Shown: positions 1 through 9,349, numbered from the stretch's first letter. The stretch is DNA of 64,000 nucleotides from Lachnospiraceae bacterium UBA7060 (GCA_002493835.1 DLAA01000017.1:375-64374), one strand, 5' to 3'. Translations and numbers: made by a program. The notes: generated by a model not told the origin, from the letters alone.

Positions 1-147
1 GTTGGCGAATTTATTGCAGGATTATCTTGATAATTTCGAGTAAGTGATGAGCAGTTAAGGGGCAGTATGCTAAATGCTGCTACCCCTTTTCAGCATAGCA
101 ACGATAAACCATGCACCGCCCTATGTGGGAGAAAGGGAGAATCATTT

Positions 148-418
148 ATGCCTTGCACAGAAGCATACAAAGAACATATTATGTACACGTTAAATGGCTT
201 TTGCAAGACTGTCATACACTATGCGGCTATCAATGCATGGCGTGACAGGAGCAGACGGCGGCAAAAAGAAATATCCCTTATCCTCACCAACGAGGAACTT
301 GCCACCGCCCTGTTATCTCTGTCGGAGTACGACTGGGTATCAAATCCGCAGGACTTTACGGCTCCTGCAAAAGAAAATGGAGGTGCTTTCGCATGAAGAT
401 TTATTTTCCCTTGTGTGA
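148..418 (+). pseudogene. Degenerate ICE/conjugative-transposon sigma-70-like factor (Tn916 Orf7-like) with internal deletions and a frameshift
   Basis: RBS GAAAGGGAGA precedes ATG148. MPCTEAYKEHIMYTLNGFCKTVIHYAAINAWRDRSRRRQKEISL joins directly to ILTNEELATALLSL. The C-terminal HTH part (CRSTTGYQIRRTLRLLQKKMEVLSHE) is in another frame. These are pieces of a family common on Clostridial ICEs. Confidence 0.7.
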
Positions 419-466
419 AAAAGACGCTATTAGCAACAACATATGATAATTAAATGGTGATAACCT

Positions 467-1135
467 ATGAATGATAATAAATCTGCATTTAGGTCAAATG
501 ACTATGATAGAAAAATTACACAGACCTTGCCATTTTATGAGCTATTTTATGAACAAGTCATAGAATTAGTAAAAATTTTTAATTGTAATGCGGTAAAATG
601 GCTTGATATAGGTTGTGGAACAGGGAAAATGGGAAGTGTTGCATTTGAGAATATAGACATTGAAAAATTTGTTTTTTGTGATTCTTCGGAGGAAATGATA
701 AGGATAGCAAAAACACGTTTTAAGAATCATAACGCAGAATTTTCTGTTTGTGATGTTCAAAAGCTGGCTTATATTGATGAATTTGACATTATTACAGCTA
801 TACAGGTAAATCACTATTTGCGTATAGATGAACGCAAGATAGCTTTGAAAAAATGTTATGAAGCATTAAAAGATAATGGCGTATTTATTAGTTTTGAAAA
901 CTTTGCGCCTTTTACCAATTTAGGAAAATCTGTTTATTTGGAAAAATGGAAAAGATACCAAATGAAACAAGGGAAAAGTGTAGAGGAATGCCAAAAGCAC
1001 ATAAATCGGTATGGAAAAGATTATTTTCCAGTTTCATTATCAGAGAATCTGGAACAAATGCGTAATTGTGGATTTAAAGCTGTTGAGATTTTATGGCTTT
1101 CAAATATGCAAGTTGGGCTTTGGGGAATTAAATAA
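467..1135 (+). CDS. Class I SAM-dependent methyltransferase (CmoA-like)
   Basis: WLDIGCGTG motif I and FCDSSEEMI; 222 aa; AT-rich, consistent with mobile cargo. Confidence 0.85.
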   Translation: MNDNKSAFRSNDYDRKITQTLPFYELFYEQVIELVKIFNCNAVKWLDIGCGTGKMGSVAFENIDIEKFVFCDSSEEMIRIAKTRFKNHNAEFSVCDVQKLAYIDEFDIITAIQVNHYLRIDERKIALKKCYEALKDNGVFISFENFAPFTNLGKSVYLEKWKRYQMKQGKSVEECQKHINRYGKDYFPVSLSENLEQMRNCGFKAVEILWLSNMQVGLWGIK

Positions 1136-1156
1136 AACCAGCTTGTAAAGTTGTAG

Positions 1157-1297
1157 CCAACAAAACGGCAAATACGACAGGTTATTGCAGATAACAGCCT
1201 AAACAGCGTAGCAGACGTCCACAGTCTGCTAAAGGACAGCTTCAATAATATTCTTCAGGAGCTTATGGATGCGGAATTGGATGCCTCCCTTGATTAT
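1157..1297 (+). pseudogene. IS256-family transposase N-terminal remnant
   Basis: In-frame translation KRQIRQVIADNSLNSVADVHSLLKDSFNNILQELMDAELDASLDY resembles the N-terminus of Clostridial IS256 transposases (...LQELMEAELD.TLGY). It has no start codon and is truncated. Confidence 0.7.
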
Positions 1298-1342
1298 GTG
1301 ATTGGAGGGAAAGTGTTCCTTTTCCATGATAATGTTTTATAT

Positions 1343-1813
1343 ATGGTAAGCGATGAATCACACACCGCTTTGTTGGAAAAGCTGGCAGAAGTGAAGGAGG
1401 AGCCGGGAGCTGTTTTGCAAAACGATAGCAGCCTGGCAGAAAAGGGATTTTTGTGGTCACACAGTTTGATGAAAACTATCCGTTTTTTTAAGTGCAAGTT
1501 AAAAAAATGCCGCCGGTATTATATTATACAGGTAATATTAGTTTGGCAAAAAGTTGGAATTGCAGTGGCAGGCTCCAGAAATGTGGATGAAGAATAGCAG
1601 ATTTTTTGCTTTCCACGATTAAAGAAAGCAGGTAACGGCTGATATTATTTCGGGAGATCTGCTGCTGTTTTCGAATGTGAAGCCGGATACGGGATTTCCG
1701 GTGGCAAGAGCCATGAATCGAAATAAGTACATTTATGCGTCTTTTTATGGGCGCTTGTAGTTTCAGCAGACTATAATAAAGGCGGTACATGGAACGGAGC
1801 AATGGAATCATGA
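1343..1813 (+). pseudogene. dprA: DprA/Smf DNA-processing protein, frameshifted and internally deleted
   Basis: Fragments across frames: GIFVVTQFDENYP, KKMPPVLYYTGNISLAK, VGIAVAGSRNVDEE, LLLFSNVKPDTGFPVARAMNRNKYIYA and LVVSADYNKGGTWNGAMES. These are colinear DprA motifs (GSR, AMxRN, GGTW). Confidence 0.75.
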
Positions 1814-1851
1814 TACAAAAAAGAAGAGACTTTTGAACAGCTGGATTTATT

Positions 1852-2445
1852 TTACTTGGAATATGTCTTCTTGCAAAAATGACCCGCTCTTAAACCGTCT
1901 CTCTTTTGCGGTAAAGCGATGATTTTTGTAAATTTTCCCCTTTTATTATCTAATAGAATTTTTACAGCTTGTTTTACATTCTCAGGGGTCAGTCCTATTG
2001 TTGGATCCGGTTTAACTTGATGTCGTTTGATTTGTTTATTGTGCAAATCGAGATCATCAAGAACTACCCAGTTCGTAATACAGCTATTATGCAAATTTAA
2101 CCATAATAAAATTTCATCAGCTTTTACCAGACTAAATTTCTTTGTTTTTCGGATTTTTTCTGTAGTTAAATCCGGTGTCATCCCGCTTATATGCAGGTTT
2201 TCTTTTTCTAATAACGCAATCAATTTATCGGCCTCTGTACACAACGGATTTAATGTTGTGTCAAACCAAGAGCGCCAGCCAGAATGAAGAATGATTTCTG
2301 AATCTGTTTCTTTTACCAAACTCGCCAATAATTTGATTTTGTCTTCATCGATCAATGTCCCGTCACAGATTTCTTTCTGGTGGCTGTCATTCCAAAGAAT
2401 AGAATTGAGCACACCGTCTATATCCAGAAATAAAATATTTGGCAT
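1852..2445 (-). CDS. HAD-superfamily protein (Swiss-army-knife RNA-repair HAD, HAD_SAK_2-like)
   Basis: LFLDIDGVLNS motif I, LHSGWR, WVVLDDLDL motif IV and a GLT tail. Confidence 0.8.
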   Translation of the reverse strand: MPNILFLDIDGVLNSILWNDSHQKEICDGTLIDEDKIKLLASLVKETDSEIILHSGWRSWFDTTLNPLCTEADKLIALLEKENLHISGMTPDLTTEKIRKTKKFSLVKADEILLWLNLHNSCITNWVVLDDLDLHNKQIKRHQVKPDPTIGLTPENVKQAVKILLDNKRGKFTKIIALPQKRDGLRAGHFCKKTYSK

Positions 2446-2726
2446 TATATTGTCCCCTTATAAATATAGATTATTTTCTTTGAGTATACTATAAATGTTT
2501 ATACAATTTTATTTAACCTGTCTTAATCTTTCTTTTTAATTTGTTCATTATTTGTTATTGTATATTTTGCAAACCGATTCGCAATCTTCTCTATCTGCAC
2601 AGCATCAGAAGGCTTCAATACCTTAAAAGTTCCAATCATGGAATGAAAGCTGGCGCCTGTTTCCTCAGCCGCGTGCAGATACAGTCCTTTTGGCAGTTCT
2701 CCATAGACCTCATGGGGAATATTCAT

Positions 2727-3617
2727 TTACGATACACAATGCTTTTTTCGGTATTCCTTTGGCGTACAGCCAAAACTTTCCATAAACATTTTTGAGAAAT
2801 AGCTCAAATGATTAAAGCCGCAGGATAGCGCAATTTCTGTAATACTCAATTCTGTATTTTTCAGCAGATTGCAGGTAATCCTCAGCCGATAATCATTTAA
2901 AAAATTAATGGGGGATTGCTGAAGGTAATGTTGGAACATTTGACAGCACTTGCTTCGGCTCACGCGGCCGGAAGATGCAATCTCTGCTAAGGTCAGTTTC
3001 CTTCCATAGTTCTGATAAATATAGGACATCATATCTTTTTGCAATTCCAAATCTGTATGCGAATTTCCAGGCGGCGGCAATTCACCAATCTGTCGTGTCA
3101 GTCTGCTCCAAAGAATATGCAGCAAACCAATAACCTCTAATTCATATCCAATTGGTGCAGCATTTTTTAACGCGCCGATACGTCTTAAAATTTCTGCGGC
3201 AGTCTGCCCCAGGCTGTCTGGCATATTGAAATGCCAGTATGCTAAACCGGAATGTTCAAGAACCGGCATGATTTCTTTTTTCAGCAGAGTGTCACTTCCA
3301 GTAAACAGTGATGAGTGGAAAAGGATACATAAAAATCGGCAATCCTGTCCGTTGCAGTTGTGTCCAAAATGAACCTGACGGGCGTTGATAATCAGACTGT
3401 CGCCCGTATGAAGGATGATTTCTTGGCCATTTATGGAATATCCCATAATGCCATCCAAGATATGAATACATTCCAGATCGTCATGCCAATGGCACGGAGC
3501 GCGGAGTTCCGGATAGACAGATAAATTGGCCTCACGGATATACAAGCGTACTCCCTCACGCTCATAATGGACCACCTCGGATGAATCTTTCATTAATTCC
3601 ATTTTTGCTGCTTTCAT
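2727..3617 (-). CDS. AraC-family transcriptional regulator with cupin sensor domain
   Basis: HWHDDLE cupin motif; C-terminal SITEIALSCGFNHLSYFSKMF...TPKEYR HTH. Confidence 0.92.
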   Translation of the reverse strand: MKAAKMELMKDSSEVVHYEREGVRLYIREANLSVYPELRAPCHWHDDLECIHILDGIMGYSINGQEIILHTGDSLIINARQVHFGHNCNGQDCRFLCILFHSSLFTGSDTLLKKEIMPVLEHSGLAYWHFNMPDSLGQTAAEILRRIGALKNAAPIGYELEVIGLLHILWSRLTRQIGELPPPGNSHTDLELQKDMMSYIYQNYGRKLTLAEIASSGRVSRSKCCQMFQHYLQQSPINFLNDYRLRITCNLLKNTELSITEIALSCGFNHLSYFSKMFMESFGCTPKEYRKKHCVS

Positions 3618-3754
3618 ACTTCGGACTCCAGAAAAGACGATTTTTATAATAAGTTTGGTTTATACTGTTAGAATGCACCGACGTAATGCACTATAATCAT
3701 ACTATACTCAATAGCAAAAGAAAAGAACAGATTAATATGATTAAGGAGGCTGTT

Positions 3755-3907
3755 ATGAAAAAATTGAAAAGACAACTGCGGAGTCTGCTTATTACGCAAA
3801 TTTCAACTTGGCTTGAATACGGACCTGAATATGGACTGAGTGATGATGTTTGGTCTGCGTGTTCTTGTTACCTTGCTCAGTTAAAGCAAGAATTGGCTGT
3901 CGAATAG
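3755..3907 (+). CDS. Small hypothetical protein (50 aa)
   Basis: Strong RBS TAAGGAGG 5 nt before ATG3755; divergent from the AraC gene; MKKLKRQLRSLLITQISTWLEYGPEYGLSDDVWSACSCYLAQLKQELAVE. Confidence 0.55.
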   Translation: MKKLKRQLRSLLITQISTWLEYGPEYGLSDDVWSACSCYLAQLKQELAVE

Positions 3908-4297
3908 GGTGTGATAAGTTGACTGTAGGCAGTTTTGTTTCCAGAAACGGCCCAGTCGGCGATGGGGCTGTACAGCAAGCGGAAAGGACGGAGGAAGCAG
4001 ACAGGAACTTGGGCCTTTGGATCAGCAGCTTACATATGCGCAGAATGCTTTTATGAGGGGCGAATTTTTTTAATCCGGTGATGGAGGAAAGAATTATTTA
4101 TATAGGACATGTGGAACATAAATTACCAACAGTTAATTATCATTGACACGGATGTCTGTTATTTTGCTCTCAAAGTATTTCAAGTTGTGCGTTTTTTGTG
4201 ACGAAAATATTGTTGTTGCGATTGGTGTGATACTACTCCAGGACCGGATTTGATTCGTGCACTGTACCAGCGTTGATCAATTTAGTTGATCATAAAT

Positions 4298-5857
4298 TTA
4301 CCGTTTCATTTCTTTCATACAAACCCAATAGTTCTTTTCACTGGCATACCGGGCTTTTTTAATTTGCGCATCTATATAGTCTGGTTCCAGCAGCCAGTCT
4401 GAACGGACACAGCCCAGCCTGAGGCAGCGCCGTGCTTCCTCTAGTTTATCGCTGTCAAATCTCATCTGCTGTAGTTTATCCAGAAAAAGAGCTGCATTAG
4501 TATCATAAGCAGGATTGTAAAAGTCGTGCATTTGTGGGTCGTATGTGAGTTCAAATAATCGATTTCCTTTGGAATCCGGCAGATAACAGGAGTCCTCGGA
4601 GGATTCTTCGATATGAAGGTAATACAGGGAAGCCAAATTTTTGCCGTTATTTTTGCGCACGATCCGCCCCAGCCGCTGGATACGCTGCCTTTGGGTGGAT
4701 GTTCCGGACATGATAATTCCTACGGAGGCATCGGGAACATCTATGCCTTCGTCAATTGCTTTGCAGGCAATCAGAATTCTGATACTGCCGTTTCGAAAAC
4801 GTTCCAAAGCATTTTTATTCGCCTGTTCGCCCATTTTGGAATGATATCGGCCTATCCTTTCGGGATAGCATGCGTTCAGAAAACGGTACAGATCGTCCGC
4901 CTGCTTAATGCGTTCGCTGAAAATAATGATTTTATCGTTTGTATTTAAGCGCTTAATCAATTCAAGGACACAGGAAGTCCGGGACGCGGCAAGGCAGACA
5001 AGGCTTTTCCTTTTGTAAGATAAATTCATATATAGAGCCGCCATTTTAGCAATCCTTGGGTTGGGATTTCCGGAGAGGCTGCGAAGCTGTTCAAAAAGCT
5101 CCTTTTTTCCCAGTATATTGAGATACGGGAAAACCTTAAGCAGTTTCCCGTATACAATCCGCATCTGTTCGGAAAGATCTTCATAGTCTTCCCGCTCGTC
5201 AGTTTGAAAGGCGAGGCTGATGTGGTAGATATCGCAGGGACATATGGTGGATCCTTGTGATGCCTGCGCGATTCCATAGTGGTAGATTTTACGGCCGAGA
5301 ACGGAGGAAAGGTATTGCTGGGTCTGGCCTGTAGGAAGTGTGGCGGATAAACCGAGAGAGAAAAAATGATTTTTCCACTGCTCTATGTAGGGAAGAAACT
5401 CAAAGATCAACTGATTCTGGCCGCTTGCGTAATGGTGGCATTCATCCGCGATCAGCAAAACCATTTCGCCGCACCTAAGCTCTGAAAGAATCTGCCTTGC
5501 CAGTTCATAGCGGGCCGAGTTAATCACATAAATCATATAGTGTCGTATGGACTCGCATCGCGCTCCGCCGCCGCGCATGCCTATTTCACCGCGAAGCTCC
5601 AAGGAAGATATTTTGTCTGTATGCGTGTGGGAGAGAAATTCTGTTAAATCCCGGTTCCACTGGCGCATCAGAGCGCCTGTGGGGACTACGATTTTGATAC
5701 GCAGTTTTTGTTCCAGTCGTTTTTCCAGACGGGAAGCCGCTGTGAGGGCCAGCAGGGTTTTTCCGGATCCGGTAACTGCCTGCACCATCCCTCTGCCATT
5801 ATTAGCAAACCATTTATCAAGGCATTCCTCCTGCCAGTCATAAAGCTCTCTGCTCAT
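4298..5857 (-). CDS. Superfamily 2 DExH helicase/ATPase (XPB/SSL2/ResIII-like)
   Basis: Q-motif LYDWQ, Walker A AVTGSGKT, DECHH, LSATL (III), IDEGIDVP (V), QRIQRLGRIVR (VI). Confidence 0.92.
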   Translation of the reverse strand: MSRELYDWQEECLDKWFANNGRGMVQAVTGSGKTLLALTAASRLEKRLEQKLRIKIVVPTGALMRQWNRDLTEFLSHTHTDKISSLELRGEIGMRGGGARCESIRHYMIYVINSARYELARQILSELRCGEMVLLIADECHHYASGQNQLIFEFLPYIEQWKNHFFSLGLSATLPTGQTQQYLSSVLGRKIYHYGIAQASQGSTICPCDIYHISLAFQTDEREDYEDLSEQMRIVYGKLLKVFPYLNILGKKELFEQLRSLSGNPNPRIAKMAALYMNLSYKRKSLVCLAASRTSCVLELIKRLNTNDKIIIFSERIKQADDLYRFLNACYPERIGRYHSKMGEQANKNALERFRNGSIRILIACKAIDEGIDVPDASVGIIMSGTSTQRQRIQRLGRIVRKNNGKNLASLYYLHIEESSEDSCYLPDSKGNRLFELTYDPQMHDFYNPAYDTNAALFLDKLQQMRFDSDKLEEARRCLRLGCVRSDWLLEPDYIDAQIKKARYASEKNYWVCMKEMKR

Positions 5858-5946
5858 TTTGTATGTCCCCTGTCTATACGGCAGTCTGAAAAAGCCAAAT
5901 GGCCGGGTAGATCTGATAAGTCCGTAATTCTGCCGGAAATAAGTAG

Positions 5947-5975
5947 TTGAAAACGCTTGTCACATCGTATATACT
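5947..5975 (+). promoter_or_regulatory. Sigma-A-type promoter for the 6020-9293 operon
   Basis: TTGAAA-17 bp-TATACT, 44 nt upstream of ATG6020. Confidence 0.65.
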
Positions 5976-6019
5976 TTTTTTAGGTTAAAAATAAATATGC
6001 AACAGAAGAAGGTGAAAAT

Positions 6020-6793
6020 ATGAATTACGAAGATCTATATCAAAGTATACAGCCCGGTCAGAAATCTGTAAAGGATTCTCTTGCCTCGCTGCAGAAACTT
6101 TTTAAAGCAGTAACTCGTGAAGAAGAAAATGGGGATATTAAGAATCTTGTCCGCGATTTGGAGTCTATGAAGGAGACCGCGGCGTCACTTGCCGCTTCGC
6201 TGAAAGAGCTTAAGGATACGGTGGAAAGCTTTGATGCCAAAGCATATTTTGAAAACGGTGATTTCGCGGATCAGATGCTTGAAAGCTGCCGGGAGAAAGG
6301 CGTGGATGTGCGCGGGGAGTTCCCTGTATATGAAATGTTTCCTTACCGTGTAAAGCTGGATGTGGAGAATCAGGATCTTTATCTGGATCGAAAGAAAGTA
6401 CAGTGTATGCGCCCAGGGAGTTTTGTGGATACGGTAAAGGCCGGACAGGAAAAGCTGAATAAAGCGTCTTTTAATGCGCTTACGTTTGTGAATGAACTTT
6501 CAGACGCATATGATCTTGCCCTGATGAAGACGGGTAAGAATCCCGGGGCGGATATTTATCTGACCAGTTTGTACAAGTATCTTGCGCCCATGAGTCGTTT
6601 TCGAAAAGATTATGACCAGCAGAGCTTTGCATTCGATCTGGCAAGGTTGTATACATCAGGTGTAGAGGAGACAAAGAACGGCAGAAGATTTCAGTTTGGT
6701 CCCAGCAGGAATAATGTCAAGGCGATCCGCATTCTGGACAGGGATGGCAAGGAACAATACCTTGCAACGATCTGTTTTATTCCTGCAGGATAA
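6020..6793 (+). CDS. Hypothetical protein (N-terminal coiled coil), first gene of the DUF2791 operon
   Basis: 257 aa ORF with RBS GAAGGTG and a heptad-like N-terminus; no family recognised. Confidence 0.8.
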   Translation: MNYEDLYQSIQPGQKSVKDSLASLQKLFKAVTREEENGDIKNLVRDLESMKETAASLAASLKELKDTVESFDAKAYFENGDFADQMLESCREKGVDVRGEFPVYEMFPYRVKLDVENQDLYLDRKKVQCMRPGSFVDTVKAGQEKLNKASFNALTFVNELSDAYDLALMKTGKNPGADIYLTSLYKYLAPMSRFRKDYDQQSFAFDLARLYTSGVEETKNGRRFQFGPSRNNVKAIRILDRDGKEQYLATICFIPAG

Positions 6794-6868
6794 TTTTCAC
6801 ACGGTAGGGCGCTGAATGAGGTGATGCCTGTTGTACTAAGTCAAAAGGAAAATACATGGAGGATTGTG

Positions 6869-8107
6869 ATGCCGGTATTGAATGAAATGGCATATGAGGT
6901 AGATGTTTACGGGGAATCGGCAGACAACCGCGGCACTGAGATACAGAGCCAGCTCCCTGTGGAAGGACTCACCTGCGGAATTGATTTCCTGACAGATTTT
7001 TGGAGAGAAAAGTATCTGCAGGAGTATATTCGGGATGGTGGAAGTAAGATTAAATTTGTAACAGGGCGCAGTGGGAGCGGGAAGACACATTTTCTGCGTC
7101 TGATGAGCATAATTGCGGAAAAAGAAAATTATAAAACGGTCCGCTTTTCAGCCAGAGATGTCTGGATGCATGATTTTAAGGAAATATATGTGGAGATTTT
7201 TCATCAGTGCGATATAATGAAATGCCTGGAGGGGGTCAGCCGCAAATTGATTCAGGAGCTGGGTTTTCGTGCCGAAGATATTCCGGACGGAATGCAGCTT
7301 ATTGATTATCTCTCTCAGAACGGGATGGGGGATGCGCTGACAAAACGGGAGATTCGAACTCAGCTGAGGCACTTTTTTTTGGAAAATCCCATGATGGACA
7401 ATAATTTTGCTTTCGCCTGCAGTATGCTGACCGGGAGTATTCTGGGGTATCCTATTTTGGAAGAACAGAATCAGGAACTGCTCTTAGCCTGGCTGGAGGG
7501 AGATCGCAGTATTAAGCTTTCGCAGCTTAGGGCTATGGATTTTTATCCGAGCCGCATCACGAAATATAATGCAAGACATATGCTTCGTTCGCTCGCAGAG
7601 TTGATTCATATGAGCGGTTATTCCGGCCTGTTTATTGAGATTGATGATTTGGAAGTTTTGATCAGTCGTTCCAGTTTAGAGCCGGTGCATTATACAAAGA
7701 TGAAGCGTGAGGATACCTATGAGAGTATCCGTCAATTGATTGATGATATTGACAGCATGAAAAATATTATGTTTGTCTATGCCTTTGACAGGGAAATGAT
7801 TGATAATGAAAATACCGGGCTCAAATCTTATCAGGCATTGTGGATGCGCATCCAGAATGAAATTGTGGGAGAGAGATTTAACCGCTTTGCAGATATGGTG
7901 GATCTGGACCAGCTTGCGGCGCAGGAATATTCACCGGAAGTGATTGTTGCGATTTCGGAAAGCCTTTCTCGTTTACGGCAGAACCAGCCGGTTTCTCCGG
8001 TGGGTGCGGAAAAAGCCAGAGAGATTGCCGCGCAGGCGCGTACCGGAGCGGTGGGTATTCCTGCTCTGATCTGGATGGCCATGCAGGAGGTGACGGAACA
8101 TGTATGA
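6869..8107 (+). CDS. DUF2791 / BREX BrxD-like P-loop ATPase (copy 1)
   Basis: IKFVTGRSGSGKTHFL Walker A, GLFIEIDDLE Walker B, REDTYESIRQLIDD and GLKSYQALWMRI typical of DUF2791; RBS GGAGG before ATG6869. Confidence 0.82.
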   Translation: MPVLNEMAYEVDVYGESADNRGTEIQSQLPVEGLTCGIDFLTDFWREKYLQEYIRDGGSKIKFVTGRSGSGKTHFLRLMSIIAEKENYKTVRFSARDVWMHDFKEIYVEIFHQCDIMKCLEGVSRKLIQELGFRAEDIPDGMQLIDYLSQNGMGDALTKREIRTQLRHFFLENPMMDNNFAFACSMLTGSILGYPILEEQNQELLLAWLEGDRSIKLSQLRAMDFYPSRITKYNARHMLRSLAELIHMSGYSGLFIEIDDLEVLISRSSLEPVHYTKMKREDTYESIRQLIDDIDSMKNIMFVYAFDREMIDNENTGLKSYQALWMRIQNEIVGERFNRFADMVDLDQLAAQEYSPEVIVAISESLSRLRQNQPVSPVGAEKAREIAAQARTGAVGIPALIWMAMQEVTEHV

Positions 8108-9293
8108 TATGGAAGCCAGACATATTATCGAGGCACTGCGTTCGGGAATTCCTTCCCGTGCTGTGGGACAATATTTTTCAGAAGCGCGTCCGAAGATTAT
8201 GAAAGAAATTTCCGACCGCCTGGATGCGGTATGCGAGCAGGGGAAATCGGGCGGAATGATCATCAGCGGAAAATATGGGGAGGGAAAGACGCATTTGCTG
8301 AACACGGTATTTAACCTTGCCCATTCTAACAACATGGTAGTATCCTATCTTTCCTTAAGCAAGGAAACACCTATGGACAAGCTTTATCTGGTTTACCAGA
8401 AGCTGATACAAAATACGTATTTTCCAAAACGGAGACAGCCGGGATTTATGCATGAACTGGAAAAAATTTCCGCAAACAGTCCGGTAGCAAACGAAATGCT
8501 TCTTTATGGAGCAAAGCAGCTGGAAACAGACAAGCTGTATTATCTGTTCCGCTCTTATTTGAATACGGAAGATTCAGATGAAAAACTTCTACTTCAGGCT
8601 GATCTGGAGGGGGACTTTATTGCGAATGCCCCTCTTAAAAAAATATATCGGCGGATTTTTAACCAGCCGGTAAAATATAATGTAAATTTTACCAAGACAA
8701 AACACTGTGGCGATTATTTTGCTTTTATGAGCCATCTGTTTACCCAGATGGGGTATCATGGGTGGGTGATCCTGATTGATGAGACAGAGCTGATGGGGCG
8801 TCTCGGGAAGAAAGCCCGGCTGAATGCCTATCGGAATATGGCGAAATTCCTTATGCCCGATAAAAATCTGGAGTCTGTTTTCAGCATTTTTGCCCTCAGT
8901 GCCTCTTATGCTGAGGATGTCATTGAAGCCAAGCATGAGTATGAGAACCTTGAATTGATTTATCCCGGGGAGCAGGAGAGTGCAAAAGCCGTATTAGATC
9001 TGCTTGCCAGGGCGCCTCAGCTGCTGCCGCTTACCCGGGATGAGATTCATGAGATTCTCTGTAAGATACAGGAATTTCATGGGAAGGCTTATGATTGGAT
9101 GCCGAATGTTTCCATGGACTCCCTTTCAGAGGCTACACAGTCTGGCGGGTATCTGCTCAGAACCAAAATCCGGGCCGCCATAGAATTTCTGGATCAGCTT
9201 TATCAGTACGGAAGGGCCGGGAAAACTACGATCAATGAACTTGGGGAGGAGACCTTTACGGAGGATGTGCCGTTGATTGAGGAACTTGAATGA
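8100..9293 (+). CDS. DUF2791 / BREX BrxD-like P-loop ATPase (copy 2)
   Basis: IIEALRSGIP N-terminal signature, GKYGEGKTHLL Walker A, GWVILIDETE Walker B; overlaps the upstream gene by 8 nt. Confidence 0.85.
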   Translation: MYDMEARHIIEALRSGIPSRAVGQYFSEARPKIMKEISDRLDAVCEQGKSGGMIISGKYGEGKTHLLNTVFNLAHSNNMVVSYLSLSKETPMDKLYLVYQKLIQNTYFPKRRQPGFMHELEKISANSPVANEMLLYGAKQLETDKLYYLFRSYLNTEDSDEKLLLQADLEGDFIANAPLKKIYRRIFNQPVKYNVNFTKTKHCGDYFAFMSHLFTQMGYHGWVILIDETELMGRLGKKARLNAYRNMAKFLMPDKNLESVFSIFALSASYAEDVIEAKHEYENLELIYPGEQESAKAVLDLLARAPQLLPLTRDEIHEILCKIQEFHGKAYDWMPNVSMDSLSEATQSGGYLLRTKIRAAIEFLDQLYQYGRAGKTTINELGEETFTEDVPLIEELE

Positions 9294-9316
9294 TCTTTTG
9301 GAAGGCCGCAGACATT

Positions 9317-9349
9317 GCCCTGCTTATGACTTATGAGTGGGGCTTTTTT
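9317..9349 (+). terminator. Rho-independent terminator closing the DUF2791 operon
   Basis: GCCCTGCTTAT-loop-ATGAGTGGGGC stem (with G-U pairs) followed by T6. Confidence 0.7.

Noticed and set aside
1265-1597. 110-aa ORF as a real gene
   Set aside because: It is a chimera of the IS256 stub and dprA pseudogene fragments.
1524-1811. 95-aa minus-strand ORF
   Set aside because: It is antisense to the dprA remnant and has no family features.
2523-2726. 67-aa ORF abutting the AraC stop codon
   Set aside because: No clear RBS or motif. It could be a fragment, but I cannot support it.
3908-4297. Possible gene remnant or sRNA between the microprotein and the helicase
   Set aside because: No recognisable translation product or stable conserved structure by eye.
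4298-9293. Calling the locus BREX or Shango
   Set aside because: No pglX, pglZ, brxC or TerB-domain gene is recognisable, and the helicase type and doubled ATPase differ.
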